Origin: a virus
Length of the DNA stretch: 64,000 nucleotides
IMG/VR virus record: IMGVR_UViG_3300037247_001314
Span: 42,805 to 106,804 of that record
Strand: one strand, 5' to 3'
This document shows, piece by piece, positions 1-9,519 of this stretch. Position numbers and translations under genes: made by a program. Under the pieces are notes generated by a model. The model did no database searches, was not told where the DNA came from, and saw only the letters and a list, made by a program, of their open reading frames with translations. Numbering within the stretch: position 1 is the first letter of the stretch; every line of letters begins with the position of its first letter.

Positions 1-137
1 AAATAGTAACGCTCTTCGCGCTCCCATTTGCGTTGCAGGATGCGGTCGACAAGCCGCGGATTTCTCTGCACCCCTAGCGTGTACCCCGCGAAGAACCCGA
101 ACATTGCGCCGACAGTCACGAATAACCAGTCAAGCAT
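1..137 (-). CDS. Small membrane protein, runs off the window edge
   Basis: ATG at 137 overlapping the upstream stop; MLDWLFVTVGAMFGFFAGYTLGV is hydrophobic. Confidence 0.45.
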   Translation of the reverse strand, partial: MLDWLFVTVGAMFGFFAGYTLGVQRNPRLVDRILQRKWEREERYY

Positions 138-684
138 TGGCGTCCAGACGCGCAGCTTTCCATCGAGACTGATTCCAACAGCGCTTGCAAGTGACCTCGT
201 CCCAATCGTCGGTAAGCCGGCATCCGTACTGCGCCGCACACGACGCGAGCTTCTTGTTATACGGATCGCGCATATGAATCTTCCACCTCGGAGGGTTCGC
301 GCTATCGACGAAAGACTTTTCTTCCAGACGGGCGGGCTGCGTATGACAAAGCGCCTTAAGTCGCCCCAACTCTTCCAAGAGTTCGGGGTCACTACCCGCT
401 GGCCACCACATCGTGCCGTGCTCATCAGTCCAGCCGCCCTCAACATTGAGCGACTCGCCGGCAGCCTTCTCTTCTTTCGGGGCGGGTTGGTCTTCGATGA
501 CTCCCTGCTTCCGCAGCCGAGCGTTTGTTTCCTCGATACGCGTATCGGTCGCCGTAATGGCAGCGCCCCACTTCTCCACCGCCGCAGAGGTAACACCGTA
601 CTGCTCAGCGACGTCGTCAACTCGGGCACCGTTCCGCACAGCGCGGGCAGCCATCGACCTATCCCTGTTTGTGAGCATTGCCAT
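130..684 (-). CDS. HTH-containing hypothetical protein
   Basis: N-terminal GARVDDVAEQYGVTSAAVEKW is HTH-like; C-terminal CKRC. Confidence 0.55.
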   Translation of the reverse strand: MAMLTNRDRSMAARAVRNGARVDDVAEQYGVTSAAVEKWGAAITATDTRIEETNARLRKQGVIEDQPAPKEEKAAGESLNVEGGWTDEHGTMWWPAGSDPELLEELGRLKALCHTQPARLEEKSFVDSANPPRWKIHMRDPYNKKLASCAAQYGCRLTDDWDEVTCKRCWNQSRWKAARLDANA

Positions 685-898
685 CTGAAAGTCCAGACGC
701 GCACCAGGCACGAGCAGCGTGCTCATGCAGTTCCGGTGAGCTTGCATCAGTGTACGCCCGGATCTTGTCGTTCAGATCGTAAAGTGTCCAGACACTTTTC
801 CCATTCCGAAACGCCCAGCCTGCTGGCCCACCCAGCTGCCTGCCTCCTGGGAGCGTTTCCTGTTCAACGACGAGGTCAATACCAGCTGGATGATTCAC
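659..898 (-). CDS. Hypothetical protein
   Basis: Fills the gap between neighbours; GTG start inferred. Confidence 0.4.
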   Translation of the reverse strand: MNHPAGIDLVVEQETLPGGRQLGGPAGWAFRNGKSVWTLYDLNDKIRAYTDASSPELHEHAARAWCASGLSDGNAHKQG

Positions 899-1073
899 GA
901 GCTTTCTCCCCTTCTGCATGTTCAATGAGATCGGTGGACTGCGCGAGCAGTTCTGCCTTCGCCGCAGCGTCGAAGGTGTCCGGTTCTTCTGCAAGCTTCT
1001 TGAGTCGCCGAGTGACGCGCAGCATCTCCCATCGCCAATCGGTTTGCACCTTGGTGTCGTCGTCTTCTCCCAT
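876..1073 (-). CDS. Hypothetical protein
   Basis: GGAGG SD just upstream of ATG. Confidence 0.6.
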   Translation of the reverse strand: MGEDDDTKVQTDWRWEMLRVTRRLKKLAEEPDTFDAAAKAELLAQSTDLIEHAEGEKARESSSWY

Positions 1074-1083
1074 GTAGTCCTCC

Positions 1084-1692
1084 TTAGACTTCCTCGGGCT
1101 CTCCCGTCCAACTGCCGCTGAGTGCTCTTGTGGTCATTGAACCGAACGCGCGGCCCAAAGCTTGGCGGGTCGCAACAGGTGCGCTCACGGGCGAGGTGGG
1201 GGCTTCTGTCGACGCGTCTAGACTATTGGTATTATCCCTGTGGGCCAGAGCCGCGCTTGGAATATCTCCGCTGTGGTTCAGCATGTACCTCGCAATACCT
1301 TTGGAGCATTCGGTGGCCTCTACTTGAATCGCTACTGCTTCCTCGCGCGGGAGTTTGCTGGCCGCGGCAAATCGTCTCCAGACAGAAGCCAACTGCTCAA
1401 CCCCAGCAAGCACCGTAGTCATTGGGACCTTCGCGTCGCCGCCGTTGGCGCCAACGAACTTGTCTACACATTTGAGCAGCTCAGTGCTGAGCGCGTGCGC
1501 GCATTCGTGGGCTCGGTCCTGTCGTTGTGCAAAATGGCGAAAACACTTCTCGTGCGACGTGAAGACCGTTTCCTGCACCGCAATGGAATGCCCCGGCACT
1601 ATCGGCTTGCGACAAAAAGGACAGATGCCCAACGGCTGCGTGGCCAGCCCCAGCATTACCTTCTCGAAGTCGAGCCCTTTGATGAACATCAA
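1084..1692 (-). CDS. Hypothetical protein with N-terminal CxxC...HxxC zinc-finger-like motif
   Basis: CPFCRKPI...HEKC; start overlaps upstream stop. Confidence 0.6.
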   Translation of the reverse strand: MMFIKGLDFEKVMLGLATQPLGICPFCRKPIVPGHSIAVQETVFTSHEKCFRHFAQRQDRAHECAHALSTELLKCVDKFVGANGGDAKVPMTTVLAGVEQLASVWRRFAAASKLPREEAVAIQVEATECSKGIARYMLNHSGDIPSAALAHRDNTNSLDASTEAPTSPVSAPVATRQALGRAFGSMTTRALSGSWTGEPEEV

Positions 1693-2285
1693 AAATCTCC
1701 CGCGATGGTGAACACACCTTTGGGGCCGATCGCTTCCTCACCGGGAAAGCAGGCCTCTAACGCTTTCAGGATCCGCCGCTTGAGCTCCGGAGAACACTTC
1801 ACGGCCCAACCCTTCCAGACAGGCTTCTTAGCCTTCTTAGGCGCAGGCGCCCAGAGGGCTTTGCGGTTTGTCCAATCAATATTTTGCTTGATCAACCCAT
1901 TAAACTTCTTCGACACATACGGCGTCTGGACAATCAACACAGGGCAGAGCTCGGCCTGGAACATGGACTCGCCACGGGTGAGGGTAATGACTTTCTTGAT
2001 GAATCGCTTGCGCACGATTTCACCAAAGTGAGGGAAACCCAACGCAGCTACTTGGTCGGCCAGATGCATCTTCTGCGCATTTGACGTTGTTGCCAGCGCT
2101 GCGAGAAACACCAGCTTGTTAGCCTCTTGCCGCTGCTCGTCGGTGGCGCAGTCGCTCACCATGTACTTGCTGCGGCAGATGGGGCCGATGCCCGTCTCTA
2201 CCGACACCGCGTCTAGCAGCGGCTTGCCACAACAGACGCAGTTGATAGCGGTGAGCAGCGTAGCTTTTGCGTTCAAGTAACCCAT
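1689..2285 (-). CDS. DUF6011-like zinc-ribbon protein
   Basis: CVCCGKPLLDAVSVETGIGPIC matches the CxxCGxxLxDxxSxxxGIGPxC pattern; directly downstream of a promoter. Confidence 0.75.
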   Translation of the reverse strand: MGYLNAKATLLTAINCVCCGKPLLDAVSVETGIGPICRSKYMVSDCATDEQRQEANKLVFLAALATTSNAQKMHLADQVAALGFPHFGEIVRKRFIKKVITLTRGESMFQAELCPVLIVQTPYVSKKFNGLIKQNIDWTNRKALWAPAPKKAKKPVWKGWAVKCSPELKRRILKALEACFPGEEAIGPKGVFTIAGDF

Positions 2286-2291
2286 AAACCC

Positions 2292-2329
2292 ATCATAGCA
2301 GCGGGCATACTGCTGTCAAGACATTTGTC
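2292..2329 (-). promoter_or_regulatory. Sigma70-type promoter with shared operator (class A)
   Basis: GACAAATGTC-TTGACA-gcagtatgcccgctgc-TATGAT. Confidence 0.8.
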
Positions 2330-2747
2330 GATAAAGTGCGACCGCGCGTCGCTTTTTCTTTGGCCCCAGTACGGCTCTCGCACGCCAATCAAACTCCTCT
2401 GCTGTCCCGCGGAGAACAGTAGCCAGTCGGCCAGCCCGATCCCGAGCCTTACCTAGGGAGCGGTAAGGCGCATCGTGGTCGCAACGGGCGGTGGTCTCCT
2501 GGTGCTGGGCATGAACGGTGTACGTTTTGAACTGCGGCTGGTGTTCGATCCATACGTCCCAAGTTCCATGATCGAACTTCGGTTCCCAGCGTAGTCCGGG
2601 CCCAAAGTTGGTCCCGCTGCCCTCCTCAGGAACGGCGCAGCTCTCTAAAATCTGAGCAGTGAGTCCAAACATGCAAATCACCAAATCCAAGAGAGCGTGA
2701 CCGGCCGCCGTTTCTTCTTTGGCGCCGAAGTAGGGAGAAACTCCCAA
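2316..2747 (-). CDS. Hypothetical protein
   Basis: ORF in gene run, start uncertain; ends KKKRRAVAL. Confidence 0.55.
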   Translation of the reverse strand: MGVSPYFGAKEETAAGHALLDLVICMFGLTAQILESCAVPEEGSGTNFGPGLRWEPKFDHGTWDVWIEHQPQFKTYTVHAQHQETTARCDHDAPYRSLGKARDRAGRLATVLRGTAEEFDWRARAVLGPKKKRRAVALYRQMS

Positions 2748-3055
2748 TCGTAAAGCGTCGCGTCCTCGTTAGTTTTAGCAGGATCTAGCACCGCCGAACC
2801 GAACTGGCTGTTACTGCCGAAGAACTGCTGTTGCGCTGATGGCCGATACTTCCGACGAGCAATGAGTCCTAAGCGCTCCGCCGCCATCAGCGTCTGGCGC
2901 ATGCGGTCGACGTTGTCCGAAACACCGAGTTCACCCGCCATCATCACGAGCTTCTCGCCGTGGATTATGAATCCGGTCCAGCTCGACGCCACCAGAGCCT
3001 CCCAAGCCTTGCCCCCGTGGAGTTCCAAAATCTGTGCGTCAGTGAGTCCAGACAT
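2678..3055 (-). CDS. Hypothetical protein
   Basis: Coupled to upstream stop; ends KKKRRPVTLSWIW. Confidence 0.6.
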   Translation of the reverse strand: MSGLTDAQILELHGGKAWEALVASSWTGFIIHGEKLVMMAGELGVSDNVDRMRQTLMAAERLGLIARRKYRPSAQQQFFGSNSQFGSAVLDPAKTNEDATLYDWEFLPTSAPKKKRRPVTLSWIW

Positions 3056-3573
3056 CAGCAGTACCCCGGCGTGCGCTTGAGCCTGCGAAACTGTGCAGCC
3101 GGATCCAGCACCACGTACTCCTTGCGCTCAGTGCGCCTACCGTCGACGAGGTATCTGGACACCCTCCACGCCACCACAGGCGCCTCAAGGCGGGCGAGGT
3201 CCATGAGCAACGACATATCCCGGCCGTGAAGGCTAGCCCCCTTCCTGTCCAGACGCTTGCGTAGGACGTCAGCCGTCACCGTCTTGGGCCTGACGTAGAA
3301 GCAGTCCGGGGTTTTGGCGTAGCGGTAGGGCGTGTCTGGAACCATCTGGTCTGCCCGCACCAGCGGGGTGGGTTTGTCCTGTGGTGGGTTGATACGGCCC
3401 ACTCTGCCAGCAGCGAGCGCCTTCACGTTGGCGATAACGATGTCCCCCGCGGATATCAAGATGGTTTCCCGCGGGGTTTGTTGGGCGAAAGGCAAATCTT
3501 GCTGTGCGGTCGGCACCTGCAACGTCACGCCGCGCTTCTTTTTCTTGCGAATCTTTTTCTTCTTGGGGAACAT
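3055..3573 (-). CDS. Hypothetical basic protein
   Basis: ATG 3573 with GGGGG SD; N-terminal KKKKRGVTL. Confidence 0.6.
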   Translation of the reverse strand: MFPKKKKIRKKKKRGVTLQVPTAQQDLPFAQQTPRETILISAGDIVIANVKALAAGRVGRINPPQDKPTPLVRADQMVPDTPYRYAKTPDCFYVRPKTVTADVLRKRLDRKGASLHGRDMSLLMDLARLEAPVVAWRVSRYLVDGRRTERKEYVVLDPAAQFRRLKRTPGYC

Positions 3574-3575
3574 AC

Positions 3576-3761
3576 TCAGTCCCCCACGAGGGTAAAGGTC
3601 TGCGCGTCGGTAGTCTTGGTGACGAGAAAGGTGAACCCGTTTATGCGCACCCAACCGGCCAAGTCCTCCAGTTGTCCAGCAAGCACTTCGCGTTCCTCGT
3701 CGTCAAGGTCGGCGCGATTGAAGGCAAGTAAAATATCTTCCAGGCAGCGATGCGGATCCAT
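3576..3761 (-). CDS. Hypothetical protein
   Basis: Short coupled ORF. Confidence 0.5.
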   Translation of the reverse strand: MDPHRCLEDILLAFNRADLDDEEREVLAGQLEDLAGWVRINGFTFLVTKTTDAQTFTLVGD

Positions 3762-4321
3762 TAGTCTTTCCCCTCTTTTTCCAGACGCCGACACTGTTCA
3801 TTGTAGAGCGCGGGCGCCATCTGCCCCTTCTCTGTGATTTGGTAATGGCCTTGCTTGATACGCACGACCAAGCCGAGTTGCTTGGCGCGTACGAGTCGCG
3901 TGTGAGTCGCGTTGCTCGCTAGGTCTAACCGCTTCTGCACTTCTGCAGCGCGCAGCGTCGCATTGGGAGGGAACACCATCAGCAACTCCAAAATGTTTCG
4001 AGCGATGCGCCTACCAGCCACCGGTGTTTTAGGCGCACCAGACGAAGGCTTTAGGGCTGGGGCGGATGTGAGCACTGCGTAGGCGTCAAGGAGACTGAAT
4101 AACGGCGACACGTACCGCGCGTCTACGGGGAGGCCGAGGCGCCGCACATGGTCTTCGGCGAGACGCTTTACTCGCACCTCATTACGAAGATACTCAAGCT
4201 CTACTTCTGCAGCCTGAAGTTTTCGCTCACTGTGCACCACCACGAGAGCATGGGTTTTTCCGAGGCCCTTGCTCACCCAATAATCCCGGCGCTTTTCCGC
4301 ATGCTCGTCGGAGAACGTCAC
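3761..4321 (-). CDS. Winged-helix DNA-binding protein
   Basis: C-terminal LRAAEVQKRLDLASNATHTRLVRAKQLGLVVRIKQGHYQIT is wHTH-like. Confidence 0.6.
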   Translation of the reverse strand: MTFSDEHAEKRRDYWVSKGLGKTHALVVVHSERKLQAAEVELEYLRNEVRVKRLAEDHVRRLGLPVDARYVSPLFSLLDAYAVLTSAPALKPSSGAPKTPVAGRRIARNILELLMVFPPNATLRAAEVQKRLDLASNATHTRLVRAKQLGLVVRIKQGHYQITEKGQMAPALYNEQCRRLEKEGKD

Positions 4322-4830
4322 GAAGACCTCGCAGTCTCGCCAGCGCGAGCCTCGCAGACTTCCTCAATATCCTCAAACTCGTCCCAGTCAAAGTTGGCCT
4401 CCACGAGCTCGTCATAGAGCTCGACGCTGAGCGTCTTCTCCAAGTCGTGGCGAATCTTCACACAGGCTTGGTACATAGCCTCTATTTTGCGGCTGTCGTA
4501 GTCGAGGTCACTGGCCCAATCCTCAAAGCTTTGGTCGGTTCCAGACGCGTCCGTGACGAAGTGCCCCCTGCCCTGCGAAAAGACCACCGTGGCGCTGCGA
4601 CGCCCTTGGTGTTGCAGGCACACCACCCAATGCGAGCAGCCTGTCTTGTAGTTCGTGCGGCGCTCTTCAGGCACCTCCGCGTCGGTCGCGGGTCGCACAA
4701 TGGCAACCACCTTCTCGCTGTCGTCGACAGCGTCAGCTTTCGGCAGCCTGCGATAGACCTGCTGCCGGTTCTGTTCGTTCTGCTCGAAGTCGTGGATGGT
4801 GCGTGGGTTGCTTGTTGTCTGGAATGGCAT
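4318..4830 (-). CDS. Hypothetical phage protein
   Basis: AGGAG SD; first gene after a class A promoter. Confidence 0.65.
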   Translation of the reverse strand: MPFQTTSNPRTIHDFEQNEQNRQQVYRRLPKADAVDDSEKVVAIVRPATDAEVPEERRTNYKTGCSHWVVCLQHQGRRSATVVFSQGRGHFVTDASGTDQSFEDWASDLDYDSRKIEAMYQACVKIRHDLEKTLSVELYDELVEANFDWDEFEDIEEVCEARAGETARSS

Positions 4831-4848
4831 GTGGTGCTCCTTGCATCT

Positions 4849-4887
4849 AGATTACCAGCGGGCATATTGCCTGTCAAGACATTTGTC
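4849..4887 (-). promoter_or_regulatory. Sigma70-type promoter with shared operator (class A)
   Basis: GACAAATGTC-TTGACA-ggcaatatgcccgctgg-TAATCT (17-bp spacer). Confidence 0.8.
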
Positions 4888-4896
4888 TAAGTTTAG

Positions 4897-6105
4897 TTAG
4901 ATCTGAATAGTGACAGCGCGCTTCACTGGGCGGCGTTCCAGATAAGCGCTTATGAACGCCTGCGCTTGCGGAGCGACGATAGCGTTTCCGTAGGCGCACA
5001 ATCGCCCCACGCGGTTGGCAACCCCATGAGCCAACGGGAATGTGCCGGGTTCAACTGGCCGGGCTTTTCCGTCGGTGCAGGGGATCCAGTCAGCGTCTCC
5101 CCAATAGCTCTCTCCGCGTCCAAGGCTAGACAAGCGCAACCGTGCTTCGTCCCGTGCTTGGCCTTCTGCGTTCGGCTGCGTCCTCTGGCGTCGTGCGCTT
5201 GCGGTGTCGTCCAGTGCGCGGCGTGCAACGCTGCCGCCTTCAGAGCCACCCCTCCTTGCCGTCCCGGGGGTATCTGTGGCCCCGTGCCGTCGTTCGCTCG
5301 GGGTGTGGGCCAATGGGCCCGCGTCGCTCTCGTCGGCAGATCGTCGTGTGTCGCTGACCGCTCTTTCCCAACTGACCTCGTCGATGCTCCCTTGTGGTCG
5401 GTGGCGTTCGGCGTCGGCCAAGTTGCCAGCTGCGCTTGTAGGTTGAGGCTGGTCAGCGACACACCCAGCTTGAATCCCTTCGCTATCGCCGCTCTTTTTC
5501 TCGCCAGGAACTGCTCCGGCGTGCCTCCCGCTTCGCGCGCTGCAGGCGTTGCCCATGGAGCCGCTTCTTCGACCGATAGGTTGATGTTGCCGTTTGCCAC
5601 GCTCGTCGTGGGCAGACCAATAGAGTCGTTTCCTTTGGTGCGGGGCACCGAAACCACAAGCCGCGGTAACTGCCGCCCCGACGGTGTATCCGCCACTTTC
5701 CAGGTCTGTCGATACAAGGTCGAGCCAAGTTTCGCCTGGCTTACCCGCAACCTGTTCGCCAAAGATGTTGTGAGGAGCGCACTGCTCAATGAGCCAGAAC
5801 CAGGAGGGCCAGAGGTGCCGCTCGTCAGCAAACCCCGCTCCTTTGCCTGCCGCGCTGAAAGGTTGGCAAGGACAACTTCCAGTCCAGACGGGACGGTCAT
5901 CGGGCCAACCCGCGTTTCTGAGCGCCAAGCTCCAGACACCTATTCCCGCGAAGAAGTGACATTGTGTGTATCCTTTCAGCTCCGATGGAGTGACATCCTC
6001 AATGCTCCGCTCATCGACGTCACCAGGTGCGATATGTCCTGCAGCAATAAGATTGCGGAGCCATTGCGCAGCGTAAAGGTCAATCTCGTTGTAGTACGCG
6101 ACCAC
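4897..6105 (-). CDS. DNA (cytosine-5)-methyltransferase, alpha polypeptide
   Basis: Motif [41 protein letters not shown]; motif IX not evident in this frame. Confidence 0.9.
   Translation of the reverse strand: MVAYYNEIDLYAAQWLRNLIAAGHIAPGDVDERSIEDVTPSELKGYTQCHFFAGIGVWSLALRNAGWPDDRPVWTGSCPCQPFSAAGKGAGFADERHLWPSWFWLIEQCAPHNIFGEQVAGKPGETWLDLVSTDLESGGYTVGAAVTAACGFGAPHQRKRLYWSAHDERGKRQHQPIGRRSGSMGNACSARSGRHAGAVPGEKKSGDSEGIQAGCVADQPQPTSAAGNLADAERHRPQGSIDEVSWERAVSDTRRSADESDAGPLAHTPSERRHGATDTPGTARRGGSEGGSVARRALDDTASARRQRTQPNAEGQARDEARLRLSSLGRGESYWGDADWIPCTDGKARPVEPGTFPLAHGVANRVGRLCAYGNAIVAPQAQAFISAYLERRPVKRAVTIQI
4950..5939 (-). CDS. Overlapping alternative-frame C5-MTase beta polypeptide
   Basis: 329 open codons nested in the MTase; four W[APT]TP repeats and motif-IX-like [13 protein letters not shown]. 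Confidence 0.7.
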   Translation of the reverse strand: MSGAWRSETRVGPMTVPSGLEVVLANLSARQAKERGLLTSGTSGPPGSGSLSSALLTTSLANRLRVSQAKLGSTLYRQTWKVADTPSGRQLPRLVVSVPRTKGNDSIGLPTTSVANGNINLSVEEAAPWATPAAREAGGTPEQFLARKRAAIAKGFKLGVSLTSLNLQAQLATWPTPNATDHKGASTRSVGKERSATHDDLPTRATRAHWPTPRANDGTGPQIPPGRQGGVALKAAALHAAHWTTPQAHDARGRSRTQKAKHGTKHGCACLALDAERAIGETLTGSPAPTEKPGQLNPAHSRWLMGLPTAWGDCAPTETLSSLRKRRRS

Positions 6106-6122
6106 AGGGTCACCTCAACCGT

Positions 6123-6161
6123 AAACTAGCAGCGGGCAATATGCCTGTCAAGACATTTGTC
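6123..6161 (-). promoter_or_regulatory. Sigma70-type promoter with shared operator (class A), upstream of MTase
   Basis: GACAAATGTC-TTGACA-ggcatattgcccgctgc-TAGTTT. Confidence 0.75.
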
Positions 6162-6355
6162 TAAGTTTCTTCAGTCGCGGTCTCGAGGCTCTTTGCGATC
6201 ATCTCCTCAATGGCAGCCGAGGGGATCGGCCATTTCTTCGCGCGCTCACGAAAAGCATCAGGGTCTTTAGCTATCGTCACTCTATCTGCGTCAGGAATGC
6301 CCGTCGTAGCGTGCTCCCATGAGTCAAAAGCTGCGGCCCCATCAGTCATCGCCAT
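6161..6355 (-). CDS. Hypothetical protein
   Basis: Short coupled ORF. Confidence 0.55.
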   Translation of the reverse strand: MAMTDGAAAFDSWEHATTGIPDADRVTIAKDPDAFRERAKKWPIPSAAIEEMIAKSLETATEET

Positions 6356-7556
6356 CTCCCAGTTTATGCGCCGTCACTTCCGCCTTAGGCGCCTCACTGG
6401 AGCCACGCCAGAACGGAGCGCGAAACTTCCAGACGCGTTCTGTGCGCCCCTTGCCCGAGGCGAAGCGTTGCCAATGTCCAGACACCAACGTGCGCACCTT
6501 GAGTTCTGACCGACTAGCTGCAGACACCTCGTCGACAGCTGTGGGCATGGTGCGGTTGAGCTTGACGCTGCGACCGAGGACAATGCGAGGTTGCTTGGGG
6601 AGCTTCTTGTGCTCGACGACAAGCTTTGCGCGCTTCTTATTTCGTGCGCTGGGCATCTTCTGGATGCGCTGCCACAACTTTCGCGCTGCCGGATTAGCTT
6701 CGATGTGCTCGCGCTCCGCGACGGGCGACGTCGTGTAGAACAGCAGGTTCATCACCCACCGAAAGCAGTCGACCCACATATGGGCTTCGCGTTCCATCCC
6801 CTCGTCGTCTTGAGGGAGGTTGCGCTCTGCGCGTTGGTCTTTGGGTATCTGGACGCTGGTGAACACATCGGCCAACGTCTTGGCTATTGGCTCGTCATCG
6901 AAGAGCGGCATGAAGAAATGCGAAAGCGCGTCGTCGTGCACATCGTCAGTTATCCCGCGAGCAGTGAGTAGCAAGCGCAGACCTCGCATACCCTCGTGCT
7001 CATCAGCAGCGACATAGGCGCCGGTGACAGGGTGCCAACCTGTCTGGATGCTAATGGTCTTGAAACCAAGCTGCTCAGGCACTTCCAGATAGACTGTTGG
7101 GAACGGTAGCTGCAGGTCCCGCCCCTTGATGCCGCGGAGCTCTGTCAAAAGCAGCTGCTGCGCTAACCCTGGCGATGGTGAGAACGTGTGCCGGCCGCTC
7201 AGCCGAAAGCGCGCTGTCTGCCACGCCATCATCGCTTGCGTGAGCGCTTCGCCCGTCGCTGCTGCTGCGCTGTAGCCAGCCTCTGCCCCAAGCATTCTAC
7301 TCGTGCGATAGATTTCTAGGCCGTGGACGGTGGTGGTGTACCAGTCGTCGAAGGAAACGTCTGGACGCTCAGTCAGCGAGCGCTCAGCCCAGACACTTTG
7401 CAGCGCTAGCATGCCCATACCTTTATCCCGCTCAACGAGGTCCAGGAGCACACGCGTGAGCGGTGCGTCCCCCCACTTGCCCGCCTGAGCGCGGGCGCTA
7501 GCGAGGTGTGGGTCGATAATGCGCTCGTAGTGGTGTTGGTTTTGCTGCTCAGTCAC
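6342..7556 (-). CDS. Conserved hypothetical phage protein
   Basis: 404 aa; C-terminal VSGHWQRFASGKGRTERVWKFRAPFWRG resembles a common phage VxGHW...PxWxG motif of unknown function. Confidence 0.7.
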   Translation of the reverse strand: MTEQQNQHHYERIIDPHLASARAQAGKWGDAPLTRVLLDLVERDKGMGMLALQSVWAERSLTERPDVSFDDWYTTTVHGLEIYRTSRMLGAEAGYSAAAATGEALTQAMMAWQTARFRLSGRHTFSPSPGLAQQLLLTELRGIKGRDLQLPFPTVYLEVPEQLGFKTISIQTGWHPVTGAYVAADEHEGMRGLRLLLTARGITDDVHDDALSHFFMPLFDDEPIAKTLADVFTSVQIPKDQRAERNLPQDDEGMEREAHMWVDCFRWVMNLLFYTTSPVAEREHIEANPAARKLWQRIQKMPSARNKKRAKLVVEHKKLPKQPRIVLGRSVKLNRTMPTAVDEVSAASRSELKVRTLVSGHWQRFASGKGRTERVWKFRAPFWRGSSEAPKAEVTAHKLGDGDD

Positions 7557-8344
7557 TTGGCTGCTCCTCGAAGCAACATGCGAATCGTAAAAAGAGCCTC
7601 GTCGGCGGCCAGCGTCGTGTCCTCCGCTATACGGGACAGCGTCTGAAGCAGTACCGGGGTCGGCTCTGGCGTGGGCATCGGAGGTAGGATCTCGACCTCA
7701 GGCCCAATAGCAGTCTGCTCAAAAACGTGGGCCGGAGCATCAGCTGCGTCGAAAACATAAAGGACGCCGTCAGCAGACTTGCGCAGTGTTCCGTTGCGGA
7801 GCAACTCGCCTACACAACCGTAGCTGCTACTGCGCTTAGCGTAGAGCACCCTCGCGAGTTCGGCTTTAGTCTTAGGCCGCGCTGCGAGGGACCCCAAGAT
7901 TTCAGCGCGAAGTTCCACGTAGGTATCGTTCTGATTGTTGTTCCAAGGGTAACCCTGTCCTCGCTGTGGCCCAAGCGCAATAGGTGCAGACACTGTGCGC
8001 TCCAAAGGCTCAACCGAAATAAGAGGAGCAAACAGCGGTGGTGTTCTCCGGGAAGCGTCCCGAGGGCGAATGTGTTGTACGCCGACGGGAGCGGCAAACT
8101 GTTTAGGTCCGTAATATTTGCGGCTACGAACCCCACCCAGGCGCTTTCCCTCCACAACATCGACCCAACACGCAGAAATACGATCAGCTGCGTTCAGCAG
8201 ACAAAGCGCCGCGCGAACTGTCGAGTCACTGTAGCGTTTGGACACGTCTTGGGCGGCGCGGATGTCGTCAGCCGGCGAGAACTCAGTTAAGGACTCGACG
8301 ATACTAAGAACGTGCTGCTGCGCTTCTTTTGACGCTGACTTCAT
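7553..8344 (-). CDS. Putative winged-helix DNA-binding protein
   Basis: ILGSLAARPKTKAELARVL...VGELLRNGTL; first gene after a class A promoter. Confidence 0.55.
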   Translation of the reverse strand: MKSASKEAQQHVLSIVESLTEFSPADDIRAAQDVSKRYSDSTVRAALCLLNAADRISACWVDVVEGKRLGGVRSRKYYGPKQFAAPVGVQHIRPRDASRRTPPLFAPLISVEPLERTVSAPIALGPQRGQGYPWNNNQNDTYVELRAEILGSLAARPKTKAELARVLYAKRSSSYGCVGELLRNGTLRKSADGVLYVFDAADAPAHVFEQTAIGPEVEILPPMPTPEPTPVLLQTLSRIAEDTTLAADEALFTIRMLLRGAAK

Positions 8345-8373
8345 CTTATTTTCCAGACGTTGGGGGTTGCCCC

Positions 8374-8412
8374 ACGATACACAGCGGGCAATGTGCCGTC
8401 AAGACATTTGTC
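8374..8412 (-). promoter_or_regulatory. Sigma70-type promoter with shared operator (class A)
   Basis: GACAAATGTC-TTGACG-gcacattgcccgctgtg-TATCGT. Confidence 0.75.
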
Positions 8413-8414
8413 TG

Positions 8415-8447
8415 AAAAAGAAACGGCGAGACACATGGCCCCGCCGC
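8415..8447 (-). terminator. Intrinsic terminator downstream of HU
   Basis: GCGGCGGGGC-catgt-GTCTCGCCGT hairpin followed by TTCTTTTT. Confidence 0.6.
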
Positions 8448-8571
8448 TCCAATCCGCTGTTCTTATGGCCCTTGGTGAAAGTCCCTCCCCAAAGCGGGGT
8501 AACCGCCCGCGGCCTCGCTACTCCCCCTCGACGGTGGGCGACCTTTCGGCCTTTCCCACCCACAGTGATTT

Positions 8572-8865
8572 CTATTTGCGTTTGCCCAAAAGGTCCTTGA
8601 AGACCTCCGTCGGCTTGAAACCGACCGTGTTGTGCGCGGCCTTCTTCCACGTCTCGCCCGTGGTTGTGCCCGGCACCTTGCCCGAGCTCGCTTTCTTGTG
8701 GCGCTTCTTAAAGGCGCCAAAGCCGCTCAACGAAAAGCGGCCTTCCGTCTTGACGCTGTCCATCGCCTGCTGCTGGAAACTCTCCAGCGCCTTGGTAGCT
8801 TCGCTCTTGGAAATGCCGGCGTCGGTCGCGATGCCCTCGATGAGGGCGGCCTTGGTGATGCTCAT
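8572..8865 (-). CDS. hup: HU-family DNA-binding protein
   Basis: MSITKAALIEGIA...SLSGFGAFKKRHKKASSGKVPGT...VGFKPTEVFKD. Confidence 0.9.
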   Translation of the reverse strand: MSITKAALIEGIATDAGISKSEATKALESFQQQAMDSVKTEGRFSLSGFGAFKKRHKKASSGKVPGTTTGETWKKAAHNTVGFKPTEVFKDLLGKRK

Positions 8866-8949
8866 ATGCTCTGCTCCTGGGTGCCCAGTGTGGGCGAGGT
8901 TTGCGCCTTGTGTACCTGTCTGGACGCGGTGTCAAGGGCTCTGTCGCAT

Positions 8950-9519
8950 TTAGTCCGGCTCGATAAGCTTCTGACCATCCGGCACGGTCGCCTGTGCCCA
9001 CCACGCGGGAAGCCGCATGCGCAGCGGGCTCACGGTGCGCGGCTGCCAAGGTCTGGACCACGAGCGTGGATCCACCTCGGTGTTGGTCCACCAAATAGGT
9101 TGTCCTGGCGCGCAGCCGACGAGATAGCTGTGCCCCATGGGCCCGATGATGTTGAGGTGGCCTACGACGGCAGTGCCATGCTTCCGCAGAGCTTTGACCA
9201 TTGCTATCCCGCCCGACCCATGCATCGTCGAGCAGCAGCGCAACCAGAGCAGCCTGACGTGCTTCCAGCGCTTGTCACTGCGAGGCAAGACCTGTTTGCC
9301 GATGAACGCTTGGCCCGGCGAGCCATGCCCCCAGAAATGGAGCTCAACGTCGCTGCCGATCTCGCGACATTTGTTGAGGACGTCGTACCAGGACGTCGCT
9401 GCTACGACGTGGTCAAAGCGCCAACCAAAGAGAGCTGCGCCAATAATCCAAGTGCGCGCAACGCTGAAGAATGGTGCGGGGGTTGCGTCGTAGGCGAGGA
9501 TGCGAACGGGTTTGGACAT
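8950..9519 (-). CDS. Putative His-Cys (caspase-fold/DUF4347-like) protein
   Basis: ELHFWGHGSPG ... LWLRCC; resembles a family I associate with myxobacteria. Confidence 0.55.
   Translation of the reverse strand: MSKPVRILAYDATPAPFFSVARTWIIGAALFGWRFDHVVAATSWYDVLNKCREIGSDVELHFWGHGSPGQAFIGKQVLPRSDKRWKHVRLLWLRCCSTMHGSGGIAMVKALRKHGTAVVGHLNIIGPMGHSYLVGCAPGQPIWWTNTEVDPRSWSRPWQPRTVSPLRMRLPAWWAQATVPDGQKLIEPD

Noticed and set aside
8460-8530. GGGGAGTAGC resembling the start of a yybP-ykoY riboswitch
   Set aside because: The other conserved elements are not evident, and it lies 3' of a gene ahead of a terminator and a new promoter.
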